Shown: positions 1 to 8,943, numbered from the stretch's first letter. The stretch is DNA of 20,000 nt from an uncultured virus (IMG/VR IMGVR_UViG_3300009183_000081) (IMGVR_UViG_3300009183_000081); one strand, 5' to 3'. Notes: generated by a model from the letters alone, not told the origin. Translations and numbers: made by a program.

Positions 1-56
1 CAATGGAAATTGATGAATTAGAAGACTTAACTCCAACTGAAGAGCATGACCTTTAA
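1..56 (+). CDS. 3' end of an upstream gene (partial), acidic C-terminal tail
   Basis: Open frame from the window edge reads ...MEIDELEDLTPTEEHDL* with TAA at 54-56, overlapping the next ATG at 46. Identity cannot be determined; the position would fit a UvsX/RecA tail in T4-like gene order. Confidence 0.5.
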   Translation, partial: MEIDELEDLTPTEEHDL

Positions 57-384
57 GATACAAACAGGGCTACCGATTAAATACTCGCTAGCCCTTCATT
101 CAGCTTTACCGAGCTACCCCAATTCATCTGACTTTTTATTTGACGTTGCCTCCCATATTATTAGAGTAACTGAACTAAAGTCTAAAGAGTGGGATTCAGC
201 CGATATTAAATTCTCAACCAAAACTTTAAAATATGTTTTTGGCGAGCACATGGCATCCGAGCAGTTTAAGGATAAGATTAGAAATATCTTAAAGGATCTC
301 ATTGCTAGTGGAACGCTAACCAAAAAAGGCGAATTTATTTTTATACCCGAAACGGAATTTTCTAAGTACTATATAATAGCATAA
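46..384 (+). CDS. Hypothetical protein, possible winged-helix C-terminus
   Basis: 112-aa ORF packed between the upstream gene and the helicase. C-terminal IRNILKDLIASGTLTKKGEFIFI looks like helix plus beta-wing. Confidence 0.6.
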   Translation: MTFKIQTGLPIKYSLALHSALPSYPNSSDFLFDVASHIIRVTELKSKEWDSADIKFSTKTLKYVFGEHMASEQFKDKIRNILKDLIASGTLTKKGEFIFIPETEFSKYYIIA

Positions 385-404
385 TAAGTGCTCACCAACA
401 ACCT

Positions 405-1949
405 ATGATGATTGATTTTAAAGAAAATATTGAATTATTAGAAAAGATAATTTTCAATTTTATTTTAACCGAAGAAGATAATGAAGTAGTAATCAAGCCC
501 AAGAATTACGATTCATTGGACATGAGAGAGATCATTCCAATGGTTAAACCACATTACTTCAACGATGACAATCTTCAGAGATTATATCGTGAAGCCAAAA
601 AGTTCTTTCTAGAATACAAGAAGATTCCAACTCGAAATGAATTAAAGCAATTAGCTAATCTTTCAAACATGGATTTGCCCGATGCAAAATTCAATAGCTA
701 TTTTGAAGTTGATCTCGGCAGCTATAATTACGATTTTCTATTTAAGTACACAAAGGCCTTTATTTTCTACAAGAATCTTAATGAGTCTGTTATTGATGTC
801 TTATCGTTTATCAAAACGACTGACGTAAATCCAGAAAACGTGGAGATCATTACCAATCAGGTTAGAGAAAAGTTTAATGAAAAGCTTAATGTATCTTTTA
901 CGAGTGCTGAGTCTGGCCTAAACTTCTTTAATGCAGTGGATCACGTTCAGCTGAGTAAAATCGGTAATCCAACTGGATTCAAATTCTTTGATAAAACGCT
1001 AGGCGGCGGTTGGAATCCAAAAACACTTGTTGTTTTCCAAGGTCGACCTAAAGTCGGTAAGTCGATGGTGCTTTCTAATATTGCAGGTCGAGCATTTATA
1101 TCTGGCTGTAATGTTGGTATTGCAACTCTTGAATTATCTGATCGTAAGTACATGAAACGACTAGGATCCATGATCTTAGATATTCCATTTAAGGATTATG
1201 ATTCAATGTTAAATCCTGGCCAAGTTTCAGCAGTGGATGCTCGAATGAAAAACTTAAAAGAGACGGTGTCTACTCTTGGCGAATTGCAAGTAAAAGAATT
1301 TCCAACTGGAACAGCTACCGCAATTGACGTTGAAAACTATTTCTTAAAGGTTCAGCAAAATACTGGCAAGAAGTTCACCGTAATTGTTGTCGATTATATT
1401 AACTTAATGAGACCTATGCGAGAGCAAGGAAATACTTATGAAAAGATCAAAGTAATCTCAGAAGAGTTAAGAGCAGTTGCTATTCGAAATGAATGGTGTA
1501 TTATTACCGCAACTCAAATCAAAAGAGACGCAGTAGACGATCAAGACTTAAGTATGTCAGATATCGCTGAATCGTTCGGTTTGGTACACACAGTAGATTC
1601 TCTATTCGGCCTAATGAGAGGCCCGATGGAGAAACGTATGAAGATTAAATTGATTGCAAACCGAGATGGTGGATACAACGAAAGTTTTAAAATGTATAGA
1701 ATGAGTTATGAATTTGCTAAATTAGTTGAAGAAACTGATCCAGCTTCAGAATTCTATTCAGATGACGATGATACTCAATCATTGGAGAATCAAATGCGAA
1801 ACCAGTATCAAACTGCCGCAACCACAACACTACCTCCAAATTTGATACCGTACGATTTAGCAATAAGCCCAGACTATCAGCCTAAGCATGCAAGTCCGGA
1901 GCCACCTAAATCCTCTAATTACGACGATATCTTAAATATGATTAACTAA
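405..1949 (+). CDS. gp41: Replicative DNA helicase, DnaB/T4 gp41-like (SF4)
   Basis: Walker A GRPKVGKS, H1a ATLEL, Walker B VIVVDYINLM, H3 TATQ, H4 DIAESFGL, arginine-finger region IANRDG. Confidence 0.93.
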   Translation: MMIDFKENIELLEKIIFNFILTEEDNEVVIKPKNYDSLDMREIIPMVKPHYFNDDNLQRLYREAKKFFLEYKKIPTRNELKQLANLSNMDLPDAKFNSYFEVDLGSYNYDFLFKYTKAFIFYKNLNESVIDVLSFIKTTDVNPENVEIITNQVREKFNEKLNVSFTSAESGLNFFNAVDHVQLSKIGNPTGFKFFDKTLGGGWNPKTLVVFQGRPKVGKSMVLSNIAGRAFISGCNVGIATLELSDRKYMKRLGSMILDIPFKDYDSMLNPGQVSAVDARMKNLKETVSTLGELQVKEFPTGTATAIDVENYFLKVQQNTGKKFTVIVVDYINLMRPMREQGNTYEKIKVISEELRAVAIRNEWCIITATQIKRDAVDDQDLSMSDIAESFGLVHTVDSLFGLMRGPMEKRMKIKLIANRDGGYNESFKMYRMSYEFAKLVEETDPASEFYSDDDDTQSLENQMRNQYQTAATTTLPPNLIPYDLAISPDYQPKHASPEPPKSSNYDDILNMIN

Positions 1950-1964
1950 AAAAACCTAAACGTT

Positions 1965-2618
1965 TTGGCAAAAAGAAAAAAAGAAGAACTGTTCGAAGAT
2001 CTAGGATTTGAAGAACAAGATGATTTATCATACGAATCGGGGTTTGACGATATTAGTGTAGTCGATGAGACTGATGGAGAAGATCCAGTTGAGCTTGAAA
2101 GACGTCGTACTGAATATGCTCGACTTAGAAAAAATGATAAGATTTTTAATAACTCATACAATATGGGTCAAAACTTATCAGAAGAAGACGAGGGCGAAGC
2201 CCGATCTCATTCGGAAATTAAATTAGATTCAAGCTCACCAGACTACCATCTATACGATCGAGACCAATACTCAGATCACATTGACAACAAGATAACTCAA
2301 TACGATATAGATCAATTCGTATCAGTATCTACTGACATCCAGGCGATCCTAGGTGATCAACCTGATAAGCGTAAATTTACAAAGCCTGAGATAAATGAAC
2401 TGTTCCAATTAATAACAGTTGGCGTAAGCAAAGGCGAAGATACAAGCGTATTCGTTAGTCCAATCCATATTCTTGATGCAATCTCGTCTTTGACCTGCAT
2501 GGAATATAAGAAATTGTTTGACATGTTAACTTACGAACACAAGGAGATTCTTCTATTGGAACTAAACAAGAAATACGGCTTTCTAGACAAGCCCTCCAAA
2601 AACCTTAAAATGTTTTAA
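1965..2618 (+). CDS. Hypothetical protein with very acidic N-terminal half
   Basis: 217-aa ORF, TTG start after an A-rich leader, ends 3 nt before gp47. No recognisable motif. Confidence 0.75.
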   Translation: MAKRKKEELFEDLGFEEQDDLSYESGFDDISVVDETDGEDPVELERRRTEYARLRKNDKIFNNSYNMGQNLSEEDEGEARSHSEIKLDSSSPDYHLYDRDQYSDHIDNKITQYDIDQFVSVSTDIQAILGDQPDKRKFTKPEINELFQLITVGVSKGEDTSVFVSPIHILDAISSLTCMEYKKLFDMLTYEHKEILLLELNKKYGFLDKPSKNLKMF

Positions 2619-2621
2619 TTA

Positions 2622-3737
2622 ATGAAACTATCAAATATTAGAAAAATTAACCTAGTTGGAGATCTTCACCTAGGTATCAGAAATAACTCAGTTGAATGGT
2701 TAGAGATCCAAAAAGATTTTCTAACCGACTTTTTATTTAAGACGATTGACCAAGATTTTGATGAAGACCGAGATATTCTAATATTGGAAGGCGACATATT
2801 TCATTCAAGAGAATCAATTAACGTCAGAATCCAAAATGAAGCATTCGATATCTTTAAGAAACTTTCAGCAAAGTTTAAAAGAGGAGTCTACATCATTATC
2901 GGAAACCACGACGTTTATTACAAAGACAAAAATGAAGTTCACTCGCTAAAGTCGTTAAACTACTTAGCTGAGAATATTCACGTATTCGAAACTCCAGAAA
3001 TTCTAACAATTAATGGATCCCATAACTTCTTAATGTTACCTTGGATCGAAGACGTTTCGAGACTTTCAAATGTTGTAAACGATCACCGTAATATTTGCCA
3101 GTACATTGTATGTCATGCAGATATCAAAGGTCTAAAATTTAATAAGTGGACTCATGTTGAGCACGGTATTGAAATTGATGCACTTGATACCTATAAGAGA
3201 GTTTACGGCGGTCATATCCACCACAGACAAGAGAGCCGTAACGTTCTCTATACCGGAACTCCTTATCAAATGGATCGAGGTGACATGGGTAATGCCAAAG
3301 GATTCTATCAGCTAACGGTTGATACTCCTGAATTAAAAGAAGTGTTTGTTGAAAATACACAGTCTCCAACCTTTGTTAAGTTCGATATCATGAATGTTTT
3401 GGAATTAACGCATGCTGAAATTGAGGAAAGGTTCAGAAATAATTTTGTAGACTTAATGATCAATGTTAATTTTGCAAATAGGTTCTCAGTAACTCGTTTT
3501 CTTGAAGAGATCTCAGCAGTACCTCACCGTAAAATTGAATTTTTTACTTACGTTGATCAGACTCAAGCTGATGCTGAAATGAATTCCGAATTTAATCCAG
3601 AAGAGGGCTTTAATATAACTGATATTTTTAAAATGTATGTAAAGTCAAGAGACTACTCACAAGACTTTAAATCTGACTTAGCTAGAAAATTCATTGAAAT
3701 ACATCAAGCCGTAAAAGAAGACAATACTTATGCCTAA
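2622..3737 (+). CDS. gp47: Recombination nuclease, Mre11/SbcD/T4 gp47-like metallophosphoesterase
   Basis: Phosphoesterase motifs GDLHLG, GDIFH, GNHD, CH, GHIH, YTGTP; lies upstream of a Rad50-like ATPase. Confidence 0.93.
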   Translation: MKLSNIRKINLVGDLHLGIRNNSVEWLEIQKDFLTDFLFKTIDQDFDEDRDILILEGDIFHSRESINVRIQNEAFDIFKKLSAKFKRGVYIIIGNHDVYYKDKNEVHSLKSLNYLAENIHVFETPEILTINGSHNFLMLPWIEDVSRLSNVVNDHRNICQYIVCHADIKGLKFNKWTHVEHGIEIDALDTYKRVYGGHIHHRQESRNVLYTGTPYQMDRGDMGNAKGFYQLTVDTPELKEVFVENTQSPTFVKFDIMNVLELTHAEIEERFRNNFVDLMINVNFANRFSVTRFLEEISAVPHRKIEFFTYVDQTQADAEMNSEFNPEEGFNITDIFKMYVKSRDYSQDFKSDLARKFIEIHQAVKEDNTYA

Positions 3738-4218
3738 TCCATCAATTAGTAAATACGTTCGAATTATTGAAATGAATCGGGAATTTAAAGCGATTGCTGC
3801 AATGGATGTTCCGGAAAACACAATAATTGAAATTTGCCCAGTTCTAATTAGTAGCGCTAAAGCAATCATGTCATTAACTAATTCAGATTCTAAACTTGCA
3901 AGCAAAATCATAATTGACGAGGCTGCCATTGACAGGGAATATCAAGTGTTTGCTGAGCTTGGTGAAATGGAATTGGAAAGAAGGCTTGATTCAGGCCAAA
4001 TTACACCAGCTGAGTATACTCAAATACTAAGATCTAAGGTCAACATAAACTCTCTACTAAATGCTAAAACTCACGGTCTGCCATTAGGAAACGGATTAAT
4101 TTATGGAATAAGTGATTTTCCAAATATGGTCAGAGAATATCATTCAAGTAGTAAACTTTGCGTGTTTAGATCAGTACAATACATAATAGAAGGCAGTGAA
4201 CTAACTTACTCCAAATAA
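3730..4218 (+). CDS. Divergent SET-domain-like protein with an internal SHOCT-like helical insert
   Basis: AIAAMDVPENTIIEICPV matches the SET N-motif (VFAxxDIxxGxxIExxPV). LPLGNGLIYGISDFPN matches LxLGxGxxYNHSxxPN, and FRSVQYIIEGSELTYSK matches FxAxRxIxxGEELTxDY. Confidence 0.7.
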   Translation: MPNPSISKYVRIIEMNREFKAIAAMDVPENTIIEICPVLISSAKAIMSLTNSDSKLASKIIIDEAAIDREYQVFAELGEMELERRLDSGQITPAEYTQILRSKVNINSLLNAKTHGLPLGNGLIYGISDFPNMVREYHSSSKLCVFRSVQYIIEGSELTYSK

Positions 4219-4224
4219 TATTAA

Positions 4225-5898
4225 ATGAAGATAACTCAATTCTCTTTTAAGAACATTTGTTCTTATGGCAATAAATTACAGACTTTTAAATTCTCAGAAG
4301 ATCCTCAATTAGTATTGGTTCAGGGTAAGAATGGCAGCGGTAAATCTTCAATTTCCGATGCTCTAACTGTTGCACTATATGGCAAATCATCAATTCGTAA
4401 AACAAAAGAGATTCCAAATCGAATCAATAAAAATGCATACACGCATGTAGAGTTTTTAACCGGATCCGGCGATACGATTGAAATTGAAAGAGGCCTAGAG
4501 CCTAACTTTTCAAAATTATTAATCAATGGAACTGAGCATAATTTGCCAGATAAACGCCGAGTAGACGATTTTATCGAAGAAGAACTTACAAAGATCCCAT
4601 TCAACGTATTCTCAAACACAATCAGTCTATCAGTTAATGATTTCAAGAGCTTTGTTAAGTTAAGCCCTCATGACAAGCGCCAAATTATTGATAAAATCTT
4701 TGGTTTAGATATTGTAAATGACATGTCTAAAATTGCCAAGGAAGAAGTTCGTGAATTAAAAGTATCAATACAAACAATTGACTCAACTGTTCTTAATAAT
4801 GAAGCTCTGCTCCAAAATTCACAAGATCAGCTAACGAATCTTAAGCAAGATCTATCGTCGGCTAAAGATTCTAGGATTTTAGAGTTAACAACCGAAATTT
4901 CTGAGCTAAATAAAACTAAAGAGATTTATAAAGCCGAATACACAGGCTTTCAAGCCGAGTTAAAGAAATTAGAATCAGCAGTAACAGACGCTAGAGAAAA
5001 GAAGTCAAATATTCAATTAACTATTTCTGAAATTCAGAAAAAACTTGACCTGTACTCCAAGAATAAGTGTCCACACTGTCTATCTGATCTTACTGACGCT
5101 GCACATTTAGGCATAAAGGATAAGCTAGTTGCTAAGAAACAGGAGCAAACTGACCTGATTCCAACTGCTAACTCTCAAATTACTGAAGCGAATCAATTAC
5201 TTGAAGATCTAAAGGCTGCTCAAAGTTCTGCTCGAGATAAATTTTATCAAGTGGATGGAGTTCTTGCTCCGCTAAAGAAAGAACTTTCTGAACTAAATGA
5301 TACACCTGAGTCGACTGATAAGAAGTCTGGCACAACATACATAAATGGAGTAATTTCAAATATTGAATCTGAGATTTCAAAATTATCAGAAGAAAGAGCT
5401 AAATTAAGTTCACAATTATCAATTTCTCAAGAGATGGAAGACATTCTATCAGATAATGGAATGAAGCGTGTTCTAATGAGTCAAATTATTCCAATGCTAA
5501 ATAAGAAAATCTTGAAGACTTCAAAGCTTCTTGAATTTAAGTTTGCATTTGAATTTGATTTAGAATTTAATCCAATAATTACTCACTTAGGAATGCAAAT
5601 TTCTCCAGACTCGTTATCTGCTGGAGAACAAAAGAAGATGAACTTAATCGTTCTATTGTGTATTTTGGAGCTCTTAAAATTAAAACATCACAAGGTTAAT
5701 CTATTATTCCTAGATGAAGTATTCTCATCATTAGATGTTGAATCAATCTATAGAGTAGTTGACCTATTGAAAACTTTTGCAAAAAAGTACAACATGACAG
5801 TATTCGTAATCTCTCATGATCCTTTACCTGAGGAGTTTTTCGACACAAAGTTAATGGTTGAAAACACCGACCACTTCTCAGACATCAAGTTCTTGTAA
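4225..5898 (+). CDS. gp46: Recombination ATPase, Rad50/SbcC/T4 gp46-like
   Basis: Walker A GKNGSGKS, long coiled coil with CPHC zinc hook, signature LSAGE, Walker B/D-loop LLFLDEVFSSLD, H-loop VISH. Confidence 0.95.
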   Translation: MKITQFSFKNICSYGNKLQTFKFSEDPQLVLVQGKNGSGKSSISDALTVALYGKSSIRKTKEIPNRINKNAYTHVEFLTGSGDTIEIERGLEPNFSKLLINGTEHNLPDKRRVDDFIEEELTKIPFNVFSNTISLSVNDFKSFVKLSPHDKRQIIDKIFGLDIVNDMSKIAKEEVRELKVSIQTIDSTVLNNEALLQNSQDQLTNLKQDLSSAKDSRILELTTEISELNKTKEIYKAEYTGFQAELKKLESAVTDAREKKSNIQLTISEIQKKLDLYSKNKCPHCLSDLTDAAHLGIKDKLVAKKQEQTDLIPTANSQITEANQLLEDLKAAQSSARDKFYQVDGVLAPLKKELSELNDTPESTDKKSGTTYINGVISNIESEISKLSEERAKLSSQLSISQEMEDILSDNGMKRVLMSQIIPMLNKKILKTSKLLEFKFAFEFDLEFNPIITHLGMQISPDSLSAGEQKKMNLIVLLCILELLKLKHHKVNLLFLDEVFSSLDVESIYRVVDLLKTFAKKYNMTVFVISHDPLPEEFFDTKLMVENTDHFSDIKFL

Positions 5899-5923
5899 AC
5901 TATTCACGTTTTTTTAGTATATT
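5895..5923 (+). promoter_or_regulatory. Putative early/middle promoter GTAAAC-N14-TAGTAT
   Basis: Motif lies in the gap before the ThyA-like gene. The same two hexamers with the same spacing occur on the - strand upstream of the J-domain gene. Confidence 0.45.
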
Positions 5924-5929
5924 TTATTT

Positions 5930-6811
5930 ATGATAGTATTTAAAGGCCAGACTTTTGCCGAGTGTTACCGTGACTCGCTAATCAATCTTTTCGAAGATGG
6001 TATTGAAAATAATGCCAGAGGCACCGTGAGCAAGGAGTTGCTTGACGTTGCGTTAGTTGTCGAAGATCCAACTCAATGCCTATATCAAAACGATAGGCGA
6101 GGTTCTCAAAAGAAGTATATTGCGGCTGAATTTTTGTGGTATTACTCAGGGCGTAATGACGTTAAGTTTATTGCGAATTGGGCTAAGTTTTGGGAATCAA
6201 TCCAAAACGAAGACGGTTCAGCTAACTCAGCTTACGGCAACCTAATCTTTAAGGTTAGAAATCAGCACAATCTCTCCCAATACCAGTGGGCAATGCAAAG
6301 CTTAATCAGCGATCCTAACACGAGACAAGCTGTAATGCATTTCAATATGCCGACTCACCAGTACAATGGAAACAAGGATTTTGTTTGTACAATGTACGCA
6401 AACTGCCATATCCGAAACAATAAGTTCTATATGTCAGTTTACATGAGAAGCAATGACGCTGTTTGGGGTACACCAACTGACGTAGCTTTCTTCTGTTCTT
6501 TACAGATGCAAATGTATTCTCAATTAAAAAACTTCTATCCAGAGTTAGAGCTTGGTTCGTATACTCACGTTGCAAATTCATACCACGTTTACGATAGACA
6601 TTATGAATTAGGAACAGCAATGCTAGAGACAGCATTCAAACCAGAAGCACTTCCACACGTTGTCGCAGATCTAGTCGATATCGATGGAGAGCCTAGCCGT
6701 AATTTATTAATCTTAATGGATGCGTTATTTGCAAACGATGAGCCGTATCTAATTTTTCAAGATGGTCCAGATATGTTAAAATGGATTCATACAAATGTTT
6801 CAAAGAAATAA
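5930..6811 (+). CDS. Thymidylate synthase superfamily enzyme, probably dCMP (hydroxy)methylase-type
   Basis: TRQAV, catalytic Cys in DFVCT (C153), RSNDAVWGTPTD and HVANSYHVY. The specificity position is Asp (D184), as in T4 gp42, not the Asn of ThyA. Confidence 0.85.
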   Translation: MIVFKGQTFAECYRDSLINLFEDGIENNARGTVSKELLDVALVVEDPTQCLYQNDRRGSQKKYIAAEFLWYYSGRNDVKFIANWAKFWESIQNEDGSANSAYGNLIFKVRNQHNLSQYQWAMQSLISDPNTRQAVMHFNMPTHQYNGNKDFVCTMYANCHIRNNKFYMSVYMRSNDAVWGTPTDVAFFCSLQMQMYSQLKNFYPELELGSYTHVANSYHVYDRHYELGTAMLETAFKPEALPHVVADLVDIDGEPSRNLLILMDALFANDEPYLIFQDGPDMLKWIHTNVSKK

Positions 6812-6813
6812 TC

Positions 6814-7269
6814 ATGACGCCAAAGCAACATAAAATAGACCTCGCTTACATTAAGATGGCCCAAGTCTGGGCAGATCTATCTCATGCCACTCGTAAAAAA
6901 GTTGGAGCTCTAATTGTTAAAAATAACACAATCATCTCTGATGGGTTCAACGGAACTCCGTCTGGTTTTGAAAATGAATGTGAAGAAGCTATCCATAATG
7001 AAGACGGTTCATTTAAAGAATATAAAACCAAATGGTATGTTTTACATGCCGAATCAAATGCATTAGCTAAAGTTGCCAAATCAACACAAAGTAGCGATGG
7101 CGCAACCCTCTATATTACATATTCCCCATGCACAGATTGTAGTAAATTAATTCTACAGGCTGGTATTAAACGCGTTGTTTACTTGGAAGAGTATCGTGAT
7201 ACAAACGGCTTGGACTTTTTACGAAGAGCCGGTGTTGAGGTTAAAAAAATCAACATACAAAATGATTGA
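6814..7269 (+). CDS. cd: dCMP deaminase (ComEB/T4 cd-like)
   Basis: KVGA..V, GFNGTP, HAESNA and SPCTDC zinc motifs. ATG at 6814, just after the upstream stop, is preferred over 6781. Confidence 0.93.
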   Translation: MTPKQHKIDLAYIKMAQVWADLSHATRKKVGALIVKNNTIISDGFNGTPSGFENECEEAIHNEDGSFKEYKTKWYVLHAESNALAKVAKSTQSSDGATLYITYSPCTDCSKLILQAGIKRVVYLEEYRDTNGLDFLRRAGVEVKKINIQND

Positions 7270-7663
7270 TACTACAAATCGCGTACTTGAAATAGTCTTC
7301 GTTAAAGATCTAAAACAATTCGTTCAAGTCCTGCACAAAAAATGCAAATCCGACTATCTTTTAAATGTCAATAAGATAATTAGGGAGAAATTTGAACAAG
7401 ATATTCTTGTACCAAATAAAATTCAATCTTTCTTAATTAATTACGAAATCAAGAAATTAATTGATAAAGCAGTCAATGTTAGAAACCGCAAATACAGTCG
7501 AATAATCTACGTTAACTCAAGTCTGTCAAAGAATACTGTGTTAAACACAATCGACTTTCTATCGAATGCTTATGAAGAGGTTAAATTTGAACCTCTAATA
7601 ATTGATTTAGAAGAGGACTTTTGCACAGAGCTAAAGATTAAAACAATAAAAAAGGGACGATAA
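7262..7663 (+). CDS. Hypothetical protein, possibly a degenerate P-loop nucleotide kinase fold
   Basis: Likely ATG at 7262 overlapping the deaminase stop. The alternating beta/alpha pattern resembles PNK/AAA_33 kinases but has no GxxGxGK(S/T). Confidence 0.6.
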   Translation: MIDTTNRVLEIVFVKDLKQFVQVLHKKCKSDYLLNVNKIIREKFEQDILVPNKIQSFLINYEIKKLIDKAVNVRNRKYSRIIYVNSSLSKNTVLNTIDFLSNAYEEVKFEPLIIDLEEDFCTELKIKTIKKGR

Positions 7664-7675
7664 ACGTCCCTTTCT
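7648..7675. terminator. Intrinsic terminator between convergent blocks, probably bidirectional
   Basis: Inverted repeat AAAGGGACG-ataaa-CGTCCCTTT (7651-7673). It is followed by a T-run on the - strand and by TTTCT on the + strand. Confidence 0.85.
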
Positions 7676-7698
7676 AGTATTCAATAAGTTTTAAAAGA

Positions 7699-8304
7699 TT
7701 AAGCTCCTTCTTCAGTATTCTCTTCTTCACCTTCTTCGCCTTCTTCCTCTTCTTTGCACATTTTTTCAATTGCTGCACATAATAGGTCGCAAACTTCTTC
7801 TTTTTCGATTTCCATTTTCTCGCAAATGTCATCAATTAAATCTTGAAGATCGTCTCCGAATTCTTCCATTAATTTTTCCAATTGCTCCTCGTCTACTTCG
7901 TATCCAAGGTCTACATTTTCATCATCTTCTAAAGGTTCTTCAGCTTCGTTAAATTCATAGTTTTCATTTACGAATTCTTGGTATCTTGCGATCTTTCCTT
8001 CTTCAACTGCATCAGTTGTTGCGATAGTTGGTTTAGCGTACATTTGTGTATAAGGTTTTTTCTTTGCTGTTTTATAAACGATATCGCTGGAAAATCCTTT
8101 CCAAGCAGAATCATAATTTGGGTTGAATCGGCCTCCTTCAGCATTAGGATCGCGCTCAACAACTCTTTGATATCCATCTAGAGATTTTCTCTTTGATTTA
8201 TCGAAATCTTCTTTTTCAGAAGGACCACCGAACGCAGGTTTCTTTGGGTTTGTCCATCTTTCTAGAGAAGGATTATCTCTGCGTTTTACGTTAAACATGT
8301 CCAT
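7699..8304 (-). CDS. Hypothetical late protein with basic N-half and very acidic C-half; candidate internal head protein
   Basis: 201-aa ORF directly after the tail tube gene. Contains RYQEFVNE and an E/D-rich tail. Confidence 0.7.
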   Translation of the reverse strand: MDMFNVKRRDNPSLERWTNPKKPAFGGPSEKEDFDKSKRKSLDGYQRVVERDPNAEGGRFNPNYDSAWKGFSSDIVYKTAKKKPYTQMYAKPTIATTDAVEEGKIARYQEFVNENYEFNEAEEPLEDDENVDLGYEVDEEQLEKLMEEFGDDLQDLIDDICEKMEIEKEEVCDLLCAAIEKMCKEEEEGEEGEEENTEEGA

Positions 8305-8321
8305 GTCTTACTTTAGTATTT

Positions 8322-8924
8322 TTATTGACCAATACGAGTTTCAACGTAACGATCCGCTACGAATCCAATTGTAAGATCGGCAATTTTATCGTCTGCATAA
8401 CTTAAGGTTTGCTCTGTAAATTTCTCAGTATCTATGAAAACTGGAGAGAAAACAAACTCTCTAAAGATTACACCAGAACGGTTGAATTGAGTTACTTGAA
8501 TTACTGCTGGACTAGCAACAGTACCTGCGTAATCTTTTTTCAATCCTTGCGCACCAGTCATTGGATCATAGATCAAATTAGACCAAGCGCGGAATGCGTT
8601 ATAAATGTAATTATCGTTATCGTCATTTAAGTTCAATTCAAATGCAATCTTGAATTTAGCTAACGTTGTTGTAGGTTTAGCAGCAGCGTAAGCTCTTTCA
8701 GAGAATTTGAATCTCTGTGTTTGCAAAGCACCACCGGCGTTACCGTGAAGTTCTGGAAGTCCAGTAACCGTCTTAACGTGTTCTAGAGTTAGATTATTGT
8801 TAAATCCAATTTTTGCAGAGACAGCAGGTGGAGGCGTAATAATTACTTCAAACTGATTTAAGTAAATCGGTTCATATCTTCCTGGACCTGCGGTTGAGTT
8901 TTTAAAATGTGGTAGACCAGCCAT
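8322..8924 (-). CDS. gp19: Tail tube protein, T4 gp19-like
   Basis: 200 aa. NQFEVIITPP, YNAFRAWSNLIYDPMTG..GLKKDYAG, QVTQFNRSG and LSY...TIGFVADRY follow the gp19 family pattern. Confidence 0.75.
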   Translation of the reverse strand: MAGLPHFKNSTAGPGRYEPIYLNQFEVIITPPPAVSAKIGFNNNLTLEHVKTVTGLPELHGNAGGALQTQRFKFSERAYAAAKPTTTLAKFKIAFELNLNDDNDNYIYNAFRAWSNLIYDPMTGAQGLKKDYAGTVASPAVIQVTQFNRSGVIFREFVFSPVFIDTEKFTEQTLSYADDKIADLTIGFVADRYVETRIGQ

Positions 8925-8943
8925 CTTGTCTTATTTTTTTAAT

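Noticed and set aside
46..384. Calling this gene T4 gp40 from its position before the helicase
   Set aside because: Synteny only; I recognise no sequence similarity.
1965..2618. Calling this gene the gp55 late sigma factor from position
   Set aside because: No recognisable gp55 region-2 motif.
405..6811. Inteins, introns or homing endonucleases in the helicase, gp46/47 or ThyA-like genes
   Set aside because: Protein lengths and motif spacing are normal, with no splice-junction or LAGLIDADG/HNH/GIY-YIG motifs.
6781..6813. Longer ORF-track starts for dCMP deaminase (6781) and the next gene (7175)
   Set aside because: They overlap upstream genes extensively; ATGs at 6814 and 7262 fit translational coupling better.
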